Shown: positions 29,222-40,029 of the stretch, in pieces | How positions within the stretch are numbered: position 1 is the stretch's first letter | Layout: every line of letters starts with the position of its first letter | Assembly (NCBI GenBank): GCA_963668025.2 | Contig: CAXXTH010000010.1 | Location: 768,001 to 832,000 of the forward strand | DNA: 64,000 bases | Source of the DNA: Candidatus Hydrogenedentota bacterium | Lineage (GTDB): Bacteria > Hydrogenedentota > Hydrogenedentia > Hydrogenedentales > SLHB01 | Direction of reading: 5' to 3' | Notes under the pieces: generated by a model | The model's database searches: none | What the model saw: the letters and a program-made list of their open reading frames with translations, nothing else | Told to the model about the DNA's origin: nothing | Position numbers and translations under genes: made by a program

Positions 29222-30322
29222 TTACTTGGATGAAGAAGAGAGTCCGGCTTCGACGTTATCCCAGGATATGAGTTTGAAGTTTTGGTTGTCGGAACCGTTA
29301 TCTCCGTCCTGGACCACAAGCAGTCCCTTTGGATAGGCAGAACCTAGGGATTCATGCGTCACATCCAGCCCATCGGTTTCTGTCACGCCATCAATGCCAT
29401 TGCCTTCTACGATGCGAAAAGACTTTTCGTACGCGTAGGGCTCCGTGCGCTGGTAGAGCACGAACATATTATTGCCTTGGCTTGATGCGATGAGATGCCC
29501 CGCACCATTTTTGCCATAATAAATGGCTAAACCTTCGATATCAGCCGCCAGATGCCCGCGCGGCCCTACGAGATCCACGAGCATGCGTTTGTCCGGATTG
29601 AAATCGGGTTCCGCGCCATAGCGCCAAATACCGATATTCTCTTCAGAAACGAATAGGAAGCCCGCTTCGTCATCCGCCACGCATCCCTCGACTTGGGAGC
29701 CTACGCAGAAGGTGCGCACAAGCTGTGCGCCTATTTTGCCGCCTTCCGTTTCTTCGAGCTTCCATTGCTGGACGGTTCCGTCCTTAGCGTTCACAAAGGC
29801 GAAATACTGGCCTGTTTTCGAGTTATGATACATGCAGAATCCATACGCCTCGATGCCGGTCCGAATGGGCGCGGCCGTAATATCTTCCAGCATGCGGGCG
29901 CCCGGATTCATCCGGTATATCGCCAGCGTATTATCAGAACGATTGCTTGCGGCGACAATATCCGTGGGCTGGCCCGCCAGCGGAAAGCCGTATCGAATAT
30001 CCACATTATTGGGTTTTCCCGTGGCGAGGTCTTGAAGGATATTTCCCTTGAGGTCGAAGACAACGAGCCCGCCTTTCTTGTTGGTTCCTATAATAACGCT
30101 TAGGGCGCGGTCCGTGGGATGCAGCCAGATACATGGGTCATCCGCGGAATCTTCGGGAGTCGAGACTGGGGCAGTCTCCGCACTGGGAGAGATATCAAAA
30201 ACGGCATCTGGTTCCGCGCAAGCGGGCGTGGCGGATATGCTGGCGGCTATTACCCAGAAGAACATGCCGGGAATCCACCTGCGGGAATTGAATGTGCAAC
30301 GAGTCTGCTTCACCAATTGCAT
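29222..30322 (-). CDS. phy: Beta-propeller 3-phytase
   Basis: DSADDPCIW, NNVDIRY, VEGCVADD, DIEGL, SSQG, ETDGLDV, VVQDG. Confidence 0.92.
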   Translation of the reverse strand: MQLVKQTRCTFNSRRWIPGMFFWVIAASISATPACAEPDAVFDISPSAETAPVSTPEDSADDPCIWLHPTDRALSVIIGTNKKGGLVVFDLKGNILQDLATGKPNNVDIRYGFPLAGQPTDIVAASNRSDNTLAIYRMNPGARMLEDITAAPIRTGIEAYGFCMYHNSKTGQYFAFVNAKDGTVQQWKLEETEGGKIGAQLVRTFCVGSQVEGCVADDEAGFLFVSEENIGIWRYGAEPDFNPDKRMLVDLVGPRGHLAADIEGLAIYYGKNGAGHLIASSQGNNMFVLYQRTEPYAYEKSFRIVEGNGIDGVTETDGLDVTHESLGSAYPKGLLVVQDGDNGSDNQNFKLISWDNVEAGLSSSSK

Positions 30323-30407
30323 GAGCCTGCTCCTCTTTCTGCTGGATTATGGGATTGCCATTGGAGAGGCATACTAGCATGTATTTATGAGGAAAATATG
30401 AGGAAAG

Positions 30408-31325
30408 CTATTCTTCTGGCAAGGGAAGGGATGCAGGCCTGGGAGGGGCTGGATTTTGACGGGATTCAATGAGTTGACTCCAACGGTTTTGCCGTTTTTG
30501 GAGATGTTCCATGAATTCAGCGAAGAGCTCCGACATGCGTTCGCCAGGCCTATCGCTCGCGGATTGATCAAGCACGGCGGCGAACGAATTCAGCAGCAGG
30601 TCAATTTCACTCATGGACAATGCATCGTAATGGCGCATCACCATTTTATCTACGGCGATCCGCAAGCGCCCGCGCATGCGCCGCTCTTCCGCGTTGACTT
30701 GAGGAGTGCGCGTTTCAAGTGATTTCCGCAAGGAAATGTTCGAGATCCGAATCTCGGTGGAGCTCGCTGGCGTTGCCATGTCTTGTTCTGGCGCTGGGAA
30801 AGCGTGCTCTTTCTTTACAGGTTCGCTTGAGGGGGATGGATAGGCCAGCGTGGCGGCGTAATCACTTAAGCCTTGCGCGGCGAATGAGATGGCTTCATCG
30901 GATAGATCCGGGCCTTGTTTTGCCAGACTGCCGGGAAGCCCCAGTTCATCGCAAGGCGAGGAGGCGTTATCTTGCATCAGATCAAACAACATGGGTGGAA
31001 GATCAACTCCCCGCCGTTCCGCGCGCCGACGCTGCCGGTCGAGTTCCTGTTCGCAGGCGGCTTGCCGGGCTTTCGTCGCGTCCAGAGCTACTTCAAGGCG
31101 GGAAAGAATGCGGTTCCATTTTCGGATGTCGTGGGCCTCTTGCTGCCGCCGTTCATCGGCCAGTTCGAGCAGCTCGCGCACCCGTAATTCGGCTTCCCGC
31201 GCCTGGGAATGCATACGCATGGCCCGTTGGTATTCATCTTCGATATGCTGCGTGGGAACATCACCCATAGGTCTTCCGTTCTTCTCCCCCCATGCTATGG
31301 TAGCATCAGTATACCAGATTTTCAC
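30408..31325 (-). CDS. Hypothetical coiled-coil protein
   Basis: Long ORF with heptad-rich N-terminal half; start uncertain. Confidence 0.55.
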   Translation of the reverse strand: MKIWYTDATIAWGEKNGRPMGDVPTQHIEDEYQRAMRMHSQAREAELRVRELLELADERRQQEAHDIRKWNRILSRLEVALDATKARQAACEQELDRQRRRAERRGVDLPPMLFDLMQDNASSPCDELGLPGSLAKQGPDLSDEAISFAAQGLSDYAATLAYPSPSSEPVKKEHAFPAPEQDMATPASSTEIRISNISLRKSLETRTPQVNAEERRMRGRLRIAVDKMVMRHYDALSMSEIDLLLNSFAAVLDQSASDRPGERMSELFAEFMEHLQKRQNRWSQLIESRQNPAPPRPASLPLPEE

Positions 31326-31415
31326 TGTCTGGTTGCGAACCCATTATATGCTCAGGCTTAAAAAAAAACTCTTTACCACTGTGTGCGGCGTTGTTTGGAT
31401 AGCCGTGCGAGGGCA

Positions 31416-32957
31416 TTATTCGGCAGGCAAATCCTGGCCGCCGGGCAGGAGGGCATATGGTGCGGCAATGGGGGGCTCCAGGCGCACGCGTAGAGCAAAA
31501 CCAGAGCCGGATTGCTTGATAAGCTCTACCGTATCGCGGGGCCTTTTTTCGGGTTCATTCAAGCTGGCCGAGGCATAGGGCCAGCAGGCAACATCGATAG
31601 GCCGTTTGCCTTTGATGGCTATTTCGCCGCCTTCATCCGGCCAGGGAGTGGGATGGAAAGACACCTGCATTTCATTGGCGGGGAAATAGTGCATGGGCGC
31701 GGCTGCCTGGCAGGGGAGCGCTTTGCTGAATAGCGTGTCTTGCGAAATGGCGTCCGACAAGCATAGGGGCGCGCCTTTGTAAAATTGGTAATCCGGGCAC
31801 ACCAGCAGCGGTTTTTCAGATGCTTGAGCGGCGGCTTCCTGTTGGAAGCGTTGTACGGTTTGCGAGGCGCTCCGCCATGCGAAATCCCGATTGATCTGCA
31901 TGCCGAAATAGATGGCGCATAAGATGGTTGTGGCGGAGACCATGGTCGTGCGCCAGCGTTCGTTTTCCATGATGCGAAGGCACAGCGCCACGAACGCCAC
32001 ATGATACATCGCGCTAGGAAGCAGGAGCTGTCCGCCTCCCACGAGATGGACTAAATCCACCGGCTGGCTTTCACTGGATACGCGCAGCACGCACATGGCC
32101 AGCAGTCCGAACAAGATGCTGCCCCGCTGGGCTTTGCGCAAAACCAGCACCACCACACCCAGTACGCTCAGCGCCGCCAGCCACCCAAGCCATGGGGAAT
32201 CGTGAAACGTTTTGGCGGTCTCAGGCAGGAAACCCAGCGGATAGAAAAGGAAATAGAGCGGAGCGAAACGCTGGGCAAGGCCGAATCCGCCCGCGCGAAT
32301 CTCCGATGCATGAACGAAGATGGCCGCAACGCCCAACAATACAAAGGGGGCCAAACGCCAATAGCGCCGTTTTTCTTTGGGCGTAATGAGGCATTCGTAC
32401 AAAACTACGGCTGCGAATGCCAGCGTGCATGCCGGGCTGGAGAACGAAGCCGCGGCCATAAAGCCGAGTGATGCAATGTATCTCCATTTTGCGGGATGCC
32501 AGATGTGGCTGGCGTAAAACATGAGCGCCGCAAGCGTTAAGAAACACGGCAGGAGGCGTTCCACCCCGGATAGGTGGAGTACGGCTTCTCCCGTGGCGGG
32601 ATTGGCCATGAAGAGCGTAGCCGCGAGTGTGCCCAGCCAGAATGGGCCTTTCATGCTGAAAGAGACGATTCGGGACAGGCAGAGCATGCAGGCATAGAGG
32701 CACAGCATATTCACCAGATGATAGCCTGGCAGCCATGTTCCAAAGAGAGACATTTCTCCGCGAAACACGAAGCTGGGGAGCCATCCCATGGCGCTGCTGC
32801 TGGGGGCAGCCAGCAGCTCAAAGTCCCGCCCGAGCGGGTAAACCGTTAAGCCCCAGGCATATACGATGGATAGGTAGATGAACATGACTACCGCGTCATA
32901 TTTAGCGCGGTATTTTAATCGCAATTCGGCCATTCGGCTGGGTTGACGGCGTCGCAT
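31416..32957 (-). CDS. Multi-pass membrane protein (possibly GT-C-like)
   Basis: Many hydrophobic segments; GYHLVN...LFMANP...EAV pattern. Confidence 0.7.
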   Translation of the reverse strand: MRRRQPSRMAELRLKYRAKYDAVVMFIYLSIVYAWGLTVYPLGRDFELLAAPSSSAMGWLPSFVFRGEMSLFGTWLPGYHLVNMLCLYACMLCLSRIVSFSMKGPFWLGTLAATLFMANPATGEAVLHLSGVERLLPCFLTLAALMFYASHIWHPAKWRYIASLGFMAAASFSSPACTLAFAAVVLYECLITPKEKRRYWRLAPFVLLGVAAIFVHASEIRAGGFGLAQRFAPLYFLFYPLGFLPETAKTFHDSPWLGWLAALSVLGVVVLVLRKAQRGSILFGLLAMCVLRVSSESQPVDLVHLVGGGQLLLPSAMYHVAFVALCLRIMENERWRTTMVSATTILCAIYFGMQINRDFAWRSASQTVQRFQQEAAAQASEKPLLVCPDYQFYKGAPLCLSDAISQDTLFSKALPCQAAAPMHYFPANEMQVSFHPTPWPDEGGEIAIKGKRPIDVACWPYASASLNEPEKRPRDTVELIKQSGSGFALRVRLEPPIAAPYALLPGGQDLPAE

Positions 32958-32996
32958 GAGGGCAGAGTCTACTGAGTGAGCGTCTTGGAATCAAGC

Positions 32997-33272
32997 TCAA
33001 CGTATGGTGAACCGGTCGTATTGCGGTTCGCCTTGGGTCCAGAGAGAATCGGTGTGGGATACATAAGAATACGAAGGGCCGCGTTCACAGAACTCGAGCA
33101 TGCACTCGAGTGCTGGCCGCGGCCCTTCAAACTCTGCTTCCACGCGCCCATCGGGCAAATTACGCGCCCAACCGGCTAAGCCTAACATGCTGGCTTCACG
33201 CTGGATGGAGAACCGGAACCCTACGCCCTGGACACGGCCCGACACCCATACGTGCAAGCGCTCTATTGCCAC
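32997..33272 (-). CDS. acyP: Acylphosphatase
   Basis: VSGRVQGVGFR and GWARNLPDGRVE signatures; GTG start. Confidence 0.95.
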   Translation of the reverse strand: MAIERLHVWVSGRVQGVGFRFSIQREASMLGLAGWARNLPDGRVEAEFEGPRPALECMLEFCERGPSYSYVSHTDSLWTQGEPQYDRFTIR

Positions 33273-34633
33273 ATATCGACCAGGCGTTCGCGGAATTGCG
33301 CATAGGCGGAAGACACGGCCGCCTGGCAAGCACGGACTGATACGCCGGTGTTTTGGCTTTCGAGAGCAGGTTGAATCAGCACGGTCAAATCTTTGATGCC
33401 CATCTCCGTGATGAGTTCACAAACCCGTTCTTGCACGGGGGGGAACTTGTCGGAGCGAAGCGCGTTTTGAAGCACCGGAATGGCTGTCCGGTCGCCTCCC
33501 ATGCGCAAAGCCACGGCAAGTTCAACTAACTGCGTCTGAGCGGATTCGACCTCGTCTATCCGCTGGTCGCGCCGCTCACGCAAGATATCCATGGATTTCA
33601 AGTCGCCATCTTTGGCTAAGAACATAGCGGCGTCTGTTTGAAGAGTAGGTATGGGGATGATCTCTTCCGTAATGATTTTCCGCCCATCGGGATCATCCAG
33701 CTTGTATAGCACGCGGCCAAGGCGGAAGCGGGTTGTGCTTGAAGCGTCGGCAAGCTGGTCTTTCATCAACTGGGTATTGGCTTTATCGCCAGACAGCAGC
33801 TTGGAAAGCGCAAAAATTGCAGCCTCGCCTTTGTCCGTGTTCCGGTCATCCAGCATTAGGATGAGGTCGGCGACGATTTCTTTATCGCCCAGCCGGGCCA
33901 AAGCGCGCGCGGCGGAGCTCGATATGTCTGGACGGCGGTCCCGAAACATTTCAAGCAGGTCAGGTTCGCCTTTTTTGTATTGGATGAGCCCCGCGAGCTT
34001 GGCGGATTCGGAGCGGATAACCCGGTTGCCGCTGGCAAGACCGGCATCAAGCACTTCCGGTTTGATGTCTTCCACGCGGCCCATCAAGTACAGTTCCATG
34101 CAAGCGGCGATTCCGCTTGCAAGGTCATTGCTGTCCCTGATTTTTAGGATATACTCGCTGGCTTTGTCTTTGGCGGCTACTTCACCGCCCACGCCGAGTA
34201 TGGCGGCGGCATCGAGCTTATAATTTTGGCTGGCGTCACCCGCATCGAAGATGGCGGAGGCGCGCTCCAAGGCCCGCTTCACGATTTGCTGTTGTTCCGG
34301 CAGCAGGTTAATGCCAGGGGCGGGCTGCCGATCCGGCTTTTCAATGCGCCCTTCTTGCACGCGGATTTCCGCGAGGGATTTGAACAGATAGGTCTGGCGT
34401 TCATTGTTGTCGGTCTGAACGGCGATATAATCCGGACCGATCTCGAGGACCCGGAGGTTGGTGTCTTCTGCGTTCGAACCGTTGATGACTGCCGTTACTA
34501 GGACATCGCTTCCAGCAAGCTGCTGAAGCGTTTTTCCATTTGCCCCCGTAAGCGTGGGAGTTTGCGCGGATGCAATCGCCGCAATACATACAGCAGTGAT
34601 GGCAAGCAAGCTGAGTCGTCGCATGGCCCTCAT
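33263..34633 (-). CDS. Secreted HEAT-repeat protein
   Basis: Signal peptide; repeated AARALARLG/AIFALSKL helical repeats. Confidence 0.75.
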   Translation of the reverse strand: MRAMRRLSLLAITAVCIAAIASAQTPTLTGANGKTLQQLAGSDVLVTAVINGSNAEDTNLRVLEIGPDYIAVQTDNNERQTYLFKSLAEIRVQEGRIEKPDRQPAPGINLLPEQQQIVKRALERASAIFDAGDASQNYKLDAAAILGVGGEVAAKDKASEYILKIRDSNDLASGIAACMELYLMGRVEDIKPEVLDAGLASGNRVIRSESAKLAGLIQYKKGEPDLLEMFRDRRPDISSSAARALARLGDKEIVADLILMLDDRNTDKGEAAIFALSKLLSGDKANTQLMKDQLADASSTTRFRLGRVLYKLDDPDGRKIITEEIIPIPTLQTDAAMFLAKDGDLKSMDILRERRDQRIDEVESAQTQLVELAVALRMGGDRTAIPVLQNALRSDKFPPVQERVCELITEMGIKDLTVLIQPALESQNTGVSVRACQAAVSSAYAQFRERLVDMWQ

Positions 34634-34830
34634 TTTCTCCTCAACTTTGTATTGTTGGGTTAATTCGCGGACATTCTACACATTCTATGAAACCCCGTTC
34701 ACCTCTAAAAACACAAGAGGCTTTGCCGCCTAGCCAGGCGGAAAATGAACAAGCTTGGCATGCATAATCGCGGAATCCGCACCACTAATGCAAATTTACC
34801 ACGCGTGAGCCGGAAATCCGCGCGCAAAGC

Positions 34831-36078
34831 CTAATGTAGTTCGATTCGTTCTTGTTGCATAAGCTGTTGCAGGTAGGCTTTTGCCGCGTCCAAGGAAGGC
34901 ACGAGCGGATTAGTGGTAAGGGCTTGCAAAGCATACTCGTAGGAGCGATGCCGCACCGCTTCGACGGTGAGGCGGTCGCTTTCCTTGACCGAAAAGAATA
35001 GTCCTTTTAGAAAACGGGGGCAGCTTCCCACTTTTTGGACGGATACGCCCTCCTTGCTGACGGACGCGGCGAGTTCCACGCTGCAATTATCCGGCAGGTC
35101 GCGAATGGCGCCGCCGTTGCGCACGCATAAGATATGCTCACTCGGTTCGCTCCGTTCCAGCGCCTCGATCAACGGCACGATGGTTTCCTCATACCAGGCG
35201 GCATTGCGGGCTCGAGTGAGATCGGGGATATCAGCAAGATGCTCATCTTCATACAGCCGCAAAATCTGGCGCTCAGCTTCATACAGTACTTCGGCGCGGT
35301 AGCGCGCGGTGGACTCTTGTTTTTTTAACAAGATGTCTTTATGAAAAAAAATGCCCACCCGCCGCGTCGGTATCAGGTGGAACAGCTCGATCAGCTCGGT
35401 GTCAAATCCGTCATCCTTGAGCAATTCCATCCGTTCGAAGATGCGCGGCATCAGGCTTCGCCCTTGGCATTTCACATCTTGAAACCAGCCCAATTGATTG
35501 AGGCCGATATAATCAAAAGCGAGCTCCATGGGGTCGTGGTGGAGTAGCTCGGCGATTTGTTTGATGTAGCCGCCGGGCAAGTCGCTTGCGCCGATGACAT
35601 TTAGTTTCGAGTATTTAAGCAGCGCCTCGACGCAGATTCCAATGGGATTAGTTAAATTGATGAGGGTTGCATTGGGCGCGGTTTCTTCTATGATGCGGGC
35701 ATACTCGAATAAAACAGGCAGCGTGCGCATGGCGTTGGCGAATCCGCCCGCGCCCAGGCTTTCATCGCCGATCATGCCCATGCGCGGGGGCGTTTTCTCA
35801 TCGCGCAGCCGCGCTTGCATGCCGCCTACGCGGATGTTGTTGAGGATATATTTTGCGCCGCGCACGCCTTCTTGGACGTTATCCGTGCCATGCACGAGCG
35901 CCGGGAATCCCCGTTTGTTGAGAAGGCGCTGGCAAAACCCACTGACCAGTTTCAACTTGTGGGCGGAGCGGCCTATCAGCACAATCTCTTTGACATTCAG
36001 ATTGTGCGAAATGACGGATTGGATAAATTCCGGGGCGTAGACGCTGCTGCCGCCCAAAACGGCGATACGGGGGATCAT
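34831..36078 (-). CDS. Glycoside hydrolase family 4 (6-phospho-beta-glucosidase-like), divergent active site
   Basis: IAVLGGSSVY Rossmann motif, IRVGG...RLRDE, INLTNP, ALTTNPLVP. Confidence 0.88.
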   Translation of the reverse strand: MIPRIAVLGGSSVYAPEFIQSVISHNLNVKEIVLIGRSAHKLKLVSGFCQRLLNKRGFPALVHGTDNVQEGVRGAKYILNNIRVGGMQARLRDEKTPPRMGMIGDESLGAGGFANAMRTLPVLFEYARIIEETAPNATLINLTNPIGICVEALLKYSKLNVIGASDLPGGYIKQIAELLHHDPMELAFDYIGLNQLGWFQDVKCQGRSLMPRIFERMELLKDDGFDTELIELFHLIPTRRVGIFFHKDILLKKQESTARYRAEVLYEAERQILRLYEDEHLADIPDLTRARNAAWYEETIVPLIEALERSEPSEHILCVRNGGAIRDLPDNCSVELAASVSKEGVSVQKVGSCPRFLKGLFFSVKESDRLTVEAVRHRSYEYALQALTTNPLVPSLDAAKAYLQQLMQQERIELH

Positions 36079-36779
36079 GCGGGTATCGCCTCCTCTCCAT
36101 GGAGCCCCATGATACGGCGCACCGCGTCATGGCCGATTTTCGACAACCCATCCAGCAAACGGCGATACGATAGGGGCTTCGTTTCCAATCGGATGCGCCC
36201 GGCCCGAAGAGCTTCCACCACCCCGGACGGCGTTTTTTCCGCTTGGACAAAGGTGAAGTTGGTGTTTTCGTAGGGCACGCCATGGTGATCGGATGTGGCG
36301 ATGCAAGGCAGGCCGTGTTGTTGCGCCACGCGTATGGCCTTGCGGTTAAAATTGATCGCGGGAATATAAAATGAGCAGTATTCGATGGCGTCGAAGCAAT
36401 GGATATGCTGCAATAGGCATGCGCCCAGGCTGGTGGGGGAGGGGAAATAGGGGTGGGGGGCGATAATGAGTTCGCCCCGGCCCCGGATGGCGTGCAAGTG
36501 CCTGAAAGTCTTGACTTTCCATTGCTCCGCGCAAGGATTAAGCATGAGGACATGCTTGCCTTCAACGAGCAGTTCCACTCCAGGCAAGAGCAAGATGCCG
36601 CGCCGTTCCGCGTAACGGGCCAGCCGTTGAGTGGCCGGGTAGCCCCGGTGTCCGGTTATGGCCAGCACATCGACGCCCGAGGCTGCGGCGCTCTCGATCA
36701 ACATTTCCGATGAATAAGGCAGATCATCGGTCCGATCATCGCCCGAATGGGAATGTACGTCTGTTTTCAGCCATTCCAT
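36075..36779 (-). CDS. PHP domain phosphoesterase
   Basis: DVHSHS, AITGH, PGVE...H, APHP, TSDHH. Confidence 0.85.
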   Translation of the reverse strand: MEWLKTDVHSHSGDDRTDDLPYSSEMLIESAAASGVDVLAITGHRGYPATQRLARYAERRGILLLPGVELLVEGKHVLMLNPCAEQWKVKTFRHLHAIRGRGELIIAPHPYFPSPTSLGACLLQHIHCFDAIEYCSFYIPAINFNRKAIRVAQQHGLPCIATSDHHGVPYENTNFTFVQAEKTPSGVVEALRAGRIRLETKPLSYRRLLDGLSKIGHDAVRRIMGLHGEEAIPA

Positions 36780-36931
36780 GGTATCCGGCGCACCTCCGTA
36801 ATCTGGAATGCAGAACGTATGGCCGCGCCCGCAGGGCGCATAAGCCTCTGCTTGTAATCTTACCAGCGGCGATGGCCGTATGCAAAAACAACGGCTTGGC
36901 AATGGTTACTCGAGCGGATAATCGCCTCGCC

Positions 36932-37507
36932 TCAGAGCATGATATCGTCCGGCTCGATAACGGATTCGCCCGCGTTGCACAGGTCACAGGCGTCTGGCGG
37001 CCAGCTTTCGAGCGCAAGGCGCGCCAAAGGCTCGAACCGGCAGTCGAACGCGGCTTCGCCGCCGCTCCGGTCAATCAAAACGCCTACGCCCGCCACTTCC
37101 GCGCCGCGCCCGCGCAGATGCTCGATGGTCTTCTGGACCGAGCCGCCGGTGGTGATCACGTCTTCGACCACAAGCACGCGGGTCCCGGCGGCAAGGCGGA
37201 AGCCCCGCTTCAGCGCCATGCCGCCCGCGCCGTCTTTCTCGGTGAACACGGCGCGGCATCCCAAGTGGCGCGCCGTTTCATAGGCGAGGATGATGCCGCC
37301 GGTGGCGGGGCCGCACACCAGCTCGATGTGTTCCTGCTGGAAACGTTCGGCCAGGGCCTTGCACAGGGCTTCCGTTTTATCCGGGTATTGCAGCACCCGC
37401 GCGGCTTGCAAGAAAAACCGCCCATGGCGGCCGCTGGTGTATAGAAAATGGCCTTCCAATAAGGCTCCTGCGCTTCGGAAAACCTGGATGACATCCTGTT
37501 CGTTCAT
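36932..37507 (-). CDS. pyrE: Orotate phosphoribosyltransferase
   Basis: GHFLYTSGRH and VLVVEDVITTGGS PRPP motif. Confidence 0.95.
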   Translation of the reverse strand: MNEQDVIQVFRSAGALLEGHFLYTSGRHGRFFLQAARVLQYPDKTEALCKALAERFQQEHIELVCGPATGGIILAYETARHLGCRAVFTEKDGAGGMALKRGFRLAAGTRVLVVEDVITTGGSVQKTIEHLRGRGAEVAGVGVLIDRSGGEAAFDCRFEPLARLALESWPPDACDLCNAGESVIEPDDIML

Positions 37508-37622
37508 TCCGCCTCCTTAATTAAGATGGTTAAATCTGCTCCCGTAGCATGGGCGTCCCGCCCATGAAGCACAAGCTAGAGCCATCGCTGCATGGGCGGG
37601 ACGCCCATGCCCACGGGAGTAT

Positions 37623-39539
37623 TTAGTTCTCAATGGCGTCCAGTTCTGCCCATCGCGTGTAGCGTTCTTCGACACGGGCCTTGGCTGCGTCCAATGCTTC
37701 CAAGGTTTCCTGCACTTTGGCGTAGGGTTGTTCATAGAACTTCGGCTCGTGAATGCAGTCCTCGAGCCGCTGGACTTCCGCTTCCGCCTCATGAATGGAC
37801 GCCTCGATAGTAGCGAGTTCTTGTTTTTCTTTCCAGGATAAGCGCTTGCCCTTGGGCGCTTCCGGCTTTGGAGGGCGTTCTTTCACCGGTTTGGGCTGCG
37901 CCAGGGCCTTGGCTTCGGTGCGCTCGCGTGCGTAACGCAAGTAATCATCATGGTTTCCGGCCACCAGGACCACCTCGCCATTTTGCTCGAAGGAAAGGAT
38001 GTGCGTGCAGGCCCGGTTGAGGAAGAAGCGGTCATGGCTGACCAGGATAGCGCAGCCCTGGAAGGCGAGGACGGCCTCTTCGAGTACCCGGAGGGTGTAG
38101 AGGTCAAGGTCGTTGGTCGGCTCGTCCAGGATCAGGATGTTGCCGCCCCGAAGCAGTTTCTTGGCCAAATCGATGCGGTTGCGTTCGCCGCCGGATAAGT
38201 TTTCCATGGGCATGCGCAGCGTGGCGCGGTCGAACAGGAATTTCTCGAGGTACGAGGGTATAAACAACCGCTGGCCGTTCACCTCCATGTATTCCGCCCC
38301 GCCGGTCACATGCTGTAAAATAGTGTGGGCGGGATTGATCTCTTCATGGCTTTGGTCCACATAGAGGAACTGGGCCGTTTCGCCCATGATCACCAGGCCC
38401 GACTGGGGCGCTTCCACGCCCATGAGCACACGGAGCAGGGTGGTCTTGCCGCAGCCATTGGGGCCCAGCACGCCCACCCGCATGCCTTTTTGCAGGATAA
38501 ACGAGAAATCTTGGAACAAGGGCGCATCGCCATACGCAAACGAGATAGCTTTTGTCTCGATGGCGATCTTTCCAAGGCGGGGCGGCTCCGGGATGGCGAA
38601 GTCAAAGGCGCGGTCGCGGGGTGGCGGCCCTTGCTCATCCAAGTCGTCAAACCGCTTGATGCGGGCCTTCTGTTTCGTGGCGCGCGCCTTTGGACCCCGG
38701 ATGATCCAGTCCAGCTCGCGGCGCAAAAAACTGCGCCGGTTTTGCTCCGTCTGGGCCTCGATGATTTCACGGGCGGCTTTGCGTTCGAGATAGACTTCGT
38801 AGTTGCCGGGATACGAATAGAGCCGTGCGTTTGTAAGCTCGACAATGCGGTTCACCACTCGTTCGAGGAAATAACGGTCATGGGTGACCAATATGCACGT
38901 GCCGCGATAGGCGGCGAGAAAGGTTTCCAGCCATTGGATGCTGTCGATATCGATGTGGTTGGTCGGTTCGTCGAGGAGCAGCACATCCGGCTTTTGAAGC
39001 AGAGTGGCCGCGAGGTCCAGCCGCCGAAGCTCGCCGCCGGATAAATCGCTTACTCGCCGGTCTTCGGGTGGCAAGGCCAGCTCGGTGGCAATCCGTTTGA
39101 TGGTGGATTCCAGGTTCCAAGCGTCGGCCAGGTCCAATTCATGCTGGAGCGCGGAGAGCCGCTCCTCCAGTTGCGGGTTCCCATGCGTATGCGCCCAATC
39201 GGAGGAAAGGCGCTGGTGTTCATCGAGGAGCGCCCGCACGGACGCCGAGGCGGCACGGAGCGCTTCGCCCACCGTGGATGCCGCCGAGAGCGCGCATTGC
39301 TGCTGGAGCATGGCCACGCGCAACCCCTGGCGCATGGTCACGAAGCCTTCTTCCGGCGCGTCAAGCCCCGTAAAGATGCGCAGCAGCGTCGATTTGCCCG
39401 AACCGTTGCGGCCAATAAGGCCCACGCGGTCGCCTTCATGAATCGTCAGCGACGCGTCCTCGAGGATCGTCTGTGCGCCAAACCGCTTCGTGGCATTTTG
39501 CAGGCCCAAAATGGCCTGCCCTTGCGTCTCACCCGCCAT
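37623..39539 (-). CDS. ABC-F family ATPase (Uup-like)
   Basis: Two ABC cassettes (GRNGSGKS, LSGGE, DEPTN) and C-terminal RLSWKEKQEL coiled coil. Confidence 0.92.
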   Translation of the reverse strand: MAGETQGQAILGLQNATKRFGAQTILEDASLTIHEGDRVGLIGRNGSGKSTLLRIFTGLDAPEEGFVTMRQGLRVAMLQQQCALSAASTVGEALRAASASVRALLDEHQRLSSDWAHTHGNPQLEERLSALQHELDLADAWNLESTIKRIATELALPPEDRRVSDLSGGELRRLDLAATLLQKPDVLLLDEPTNHIDIDSIQWLETFLAAYRGTCILVTHDRYFLERVVNRIVELTNARLYSYPGNYEVYLERKAAREIIEAQTEQNRRSFLRRELDWIIRGPKARATKQKARIKRFDDLDEQGPPPRDRAFDFAIPEPPRLGKIAIETKAISFAYGDAPLFQDFSFILQKGMRVGVLGPNGCGKTTLLRVLMGVEAPQSGLVIMGETAQFLYVDQSHEEINPAHTILQHVTGGAEYMEVNGQRLFIPSYLEKFLFDRATLRMPMENLSGGERNRIDLAKKLLRGGNILILDEPTNDLDLYTLRVLEEAVLAFQGCAILVSHDRFFLNRACTHILSFEQNGEVVLVAGNHDDYLRYARERTEAKALAQPKPVKERPPKPEAPKGKRLSWKEKQELATIEASIHEAEAEVQRLEDCIHEPKFYEQPYAKVQETLEALDAAKARVEERYTRWAELDAIEN

Positions 39540-39679
39540 GCATATCTCTCCAAGACATCCGTTTACCGAGGCGATACCATAGCGCGGGCTTTCGACCGGA
39601 TACAAGCTGATGGAAAACACCTGACGTGGGCATTGCCCACAACCCAATGGAACGCATAAAACAGTTTGTTTTCATTTAC

Positions 39680-39790
39680 CTTTGCGTTCTTGGCGGCTTT
39701 GCGTGAGTATAAACTGGTTGGGCGCACTGGCGCTAGCAGCGTGTAGAATCTTGAGTTACATATTTTACGCAAAGCCGCCAAGGCGCAAAG
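39680..39790. repeat. Inverted doublet of the CGCAAAG/CGCAGAG..CGC repeat family; relatives at 20491 and 48682-48760
   Basis: CTTTGCGTTCTTGGCGGCTTTGCG ... CGCAAAGCCGCCAAGGCGCAAAG. Confidence 0.55.
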
Positions 39791-40029
39791 AATATAAGGT
39801 CCATCACGCGGCATAACCGCAATCAACGAGCCGGATTTTGAGGCCACCTTATGCAGGGGCGAAAATATTGCCCGCCGCACAATGGAACGGCATGAATCTG
39901 GCGATTTTCGCACCCGTGAAGAATAACCGGCGAGGGCGGCGGCCCCACACTCTGTTTGCCGTATATCGTGTGGGACCGCCGCCCCCGGCGGTCGTATAGT
40001 CTATCGATTACATGGGCGTGTTCTTTCGT

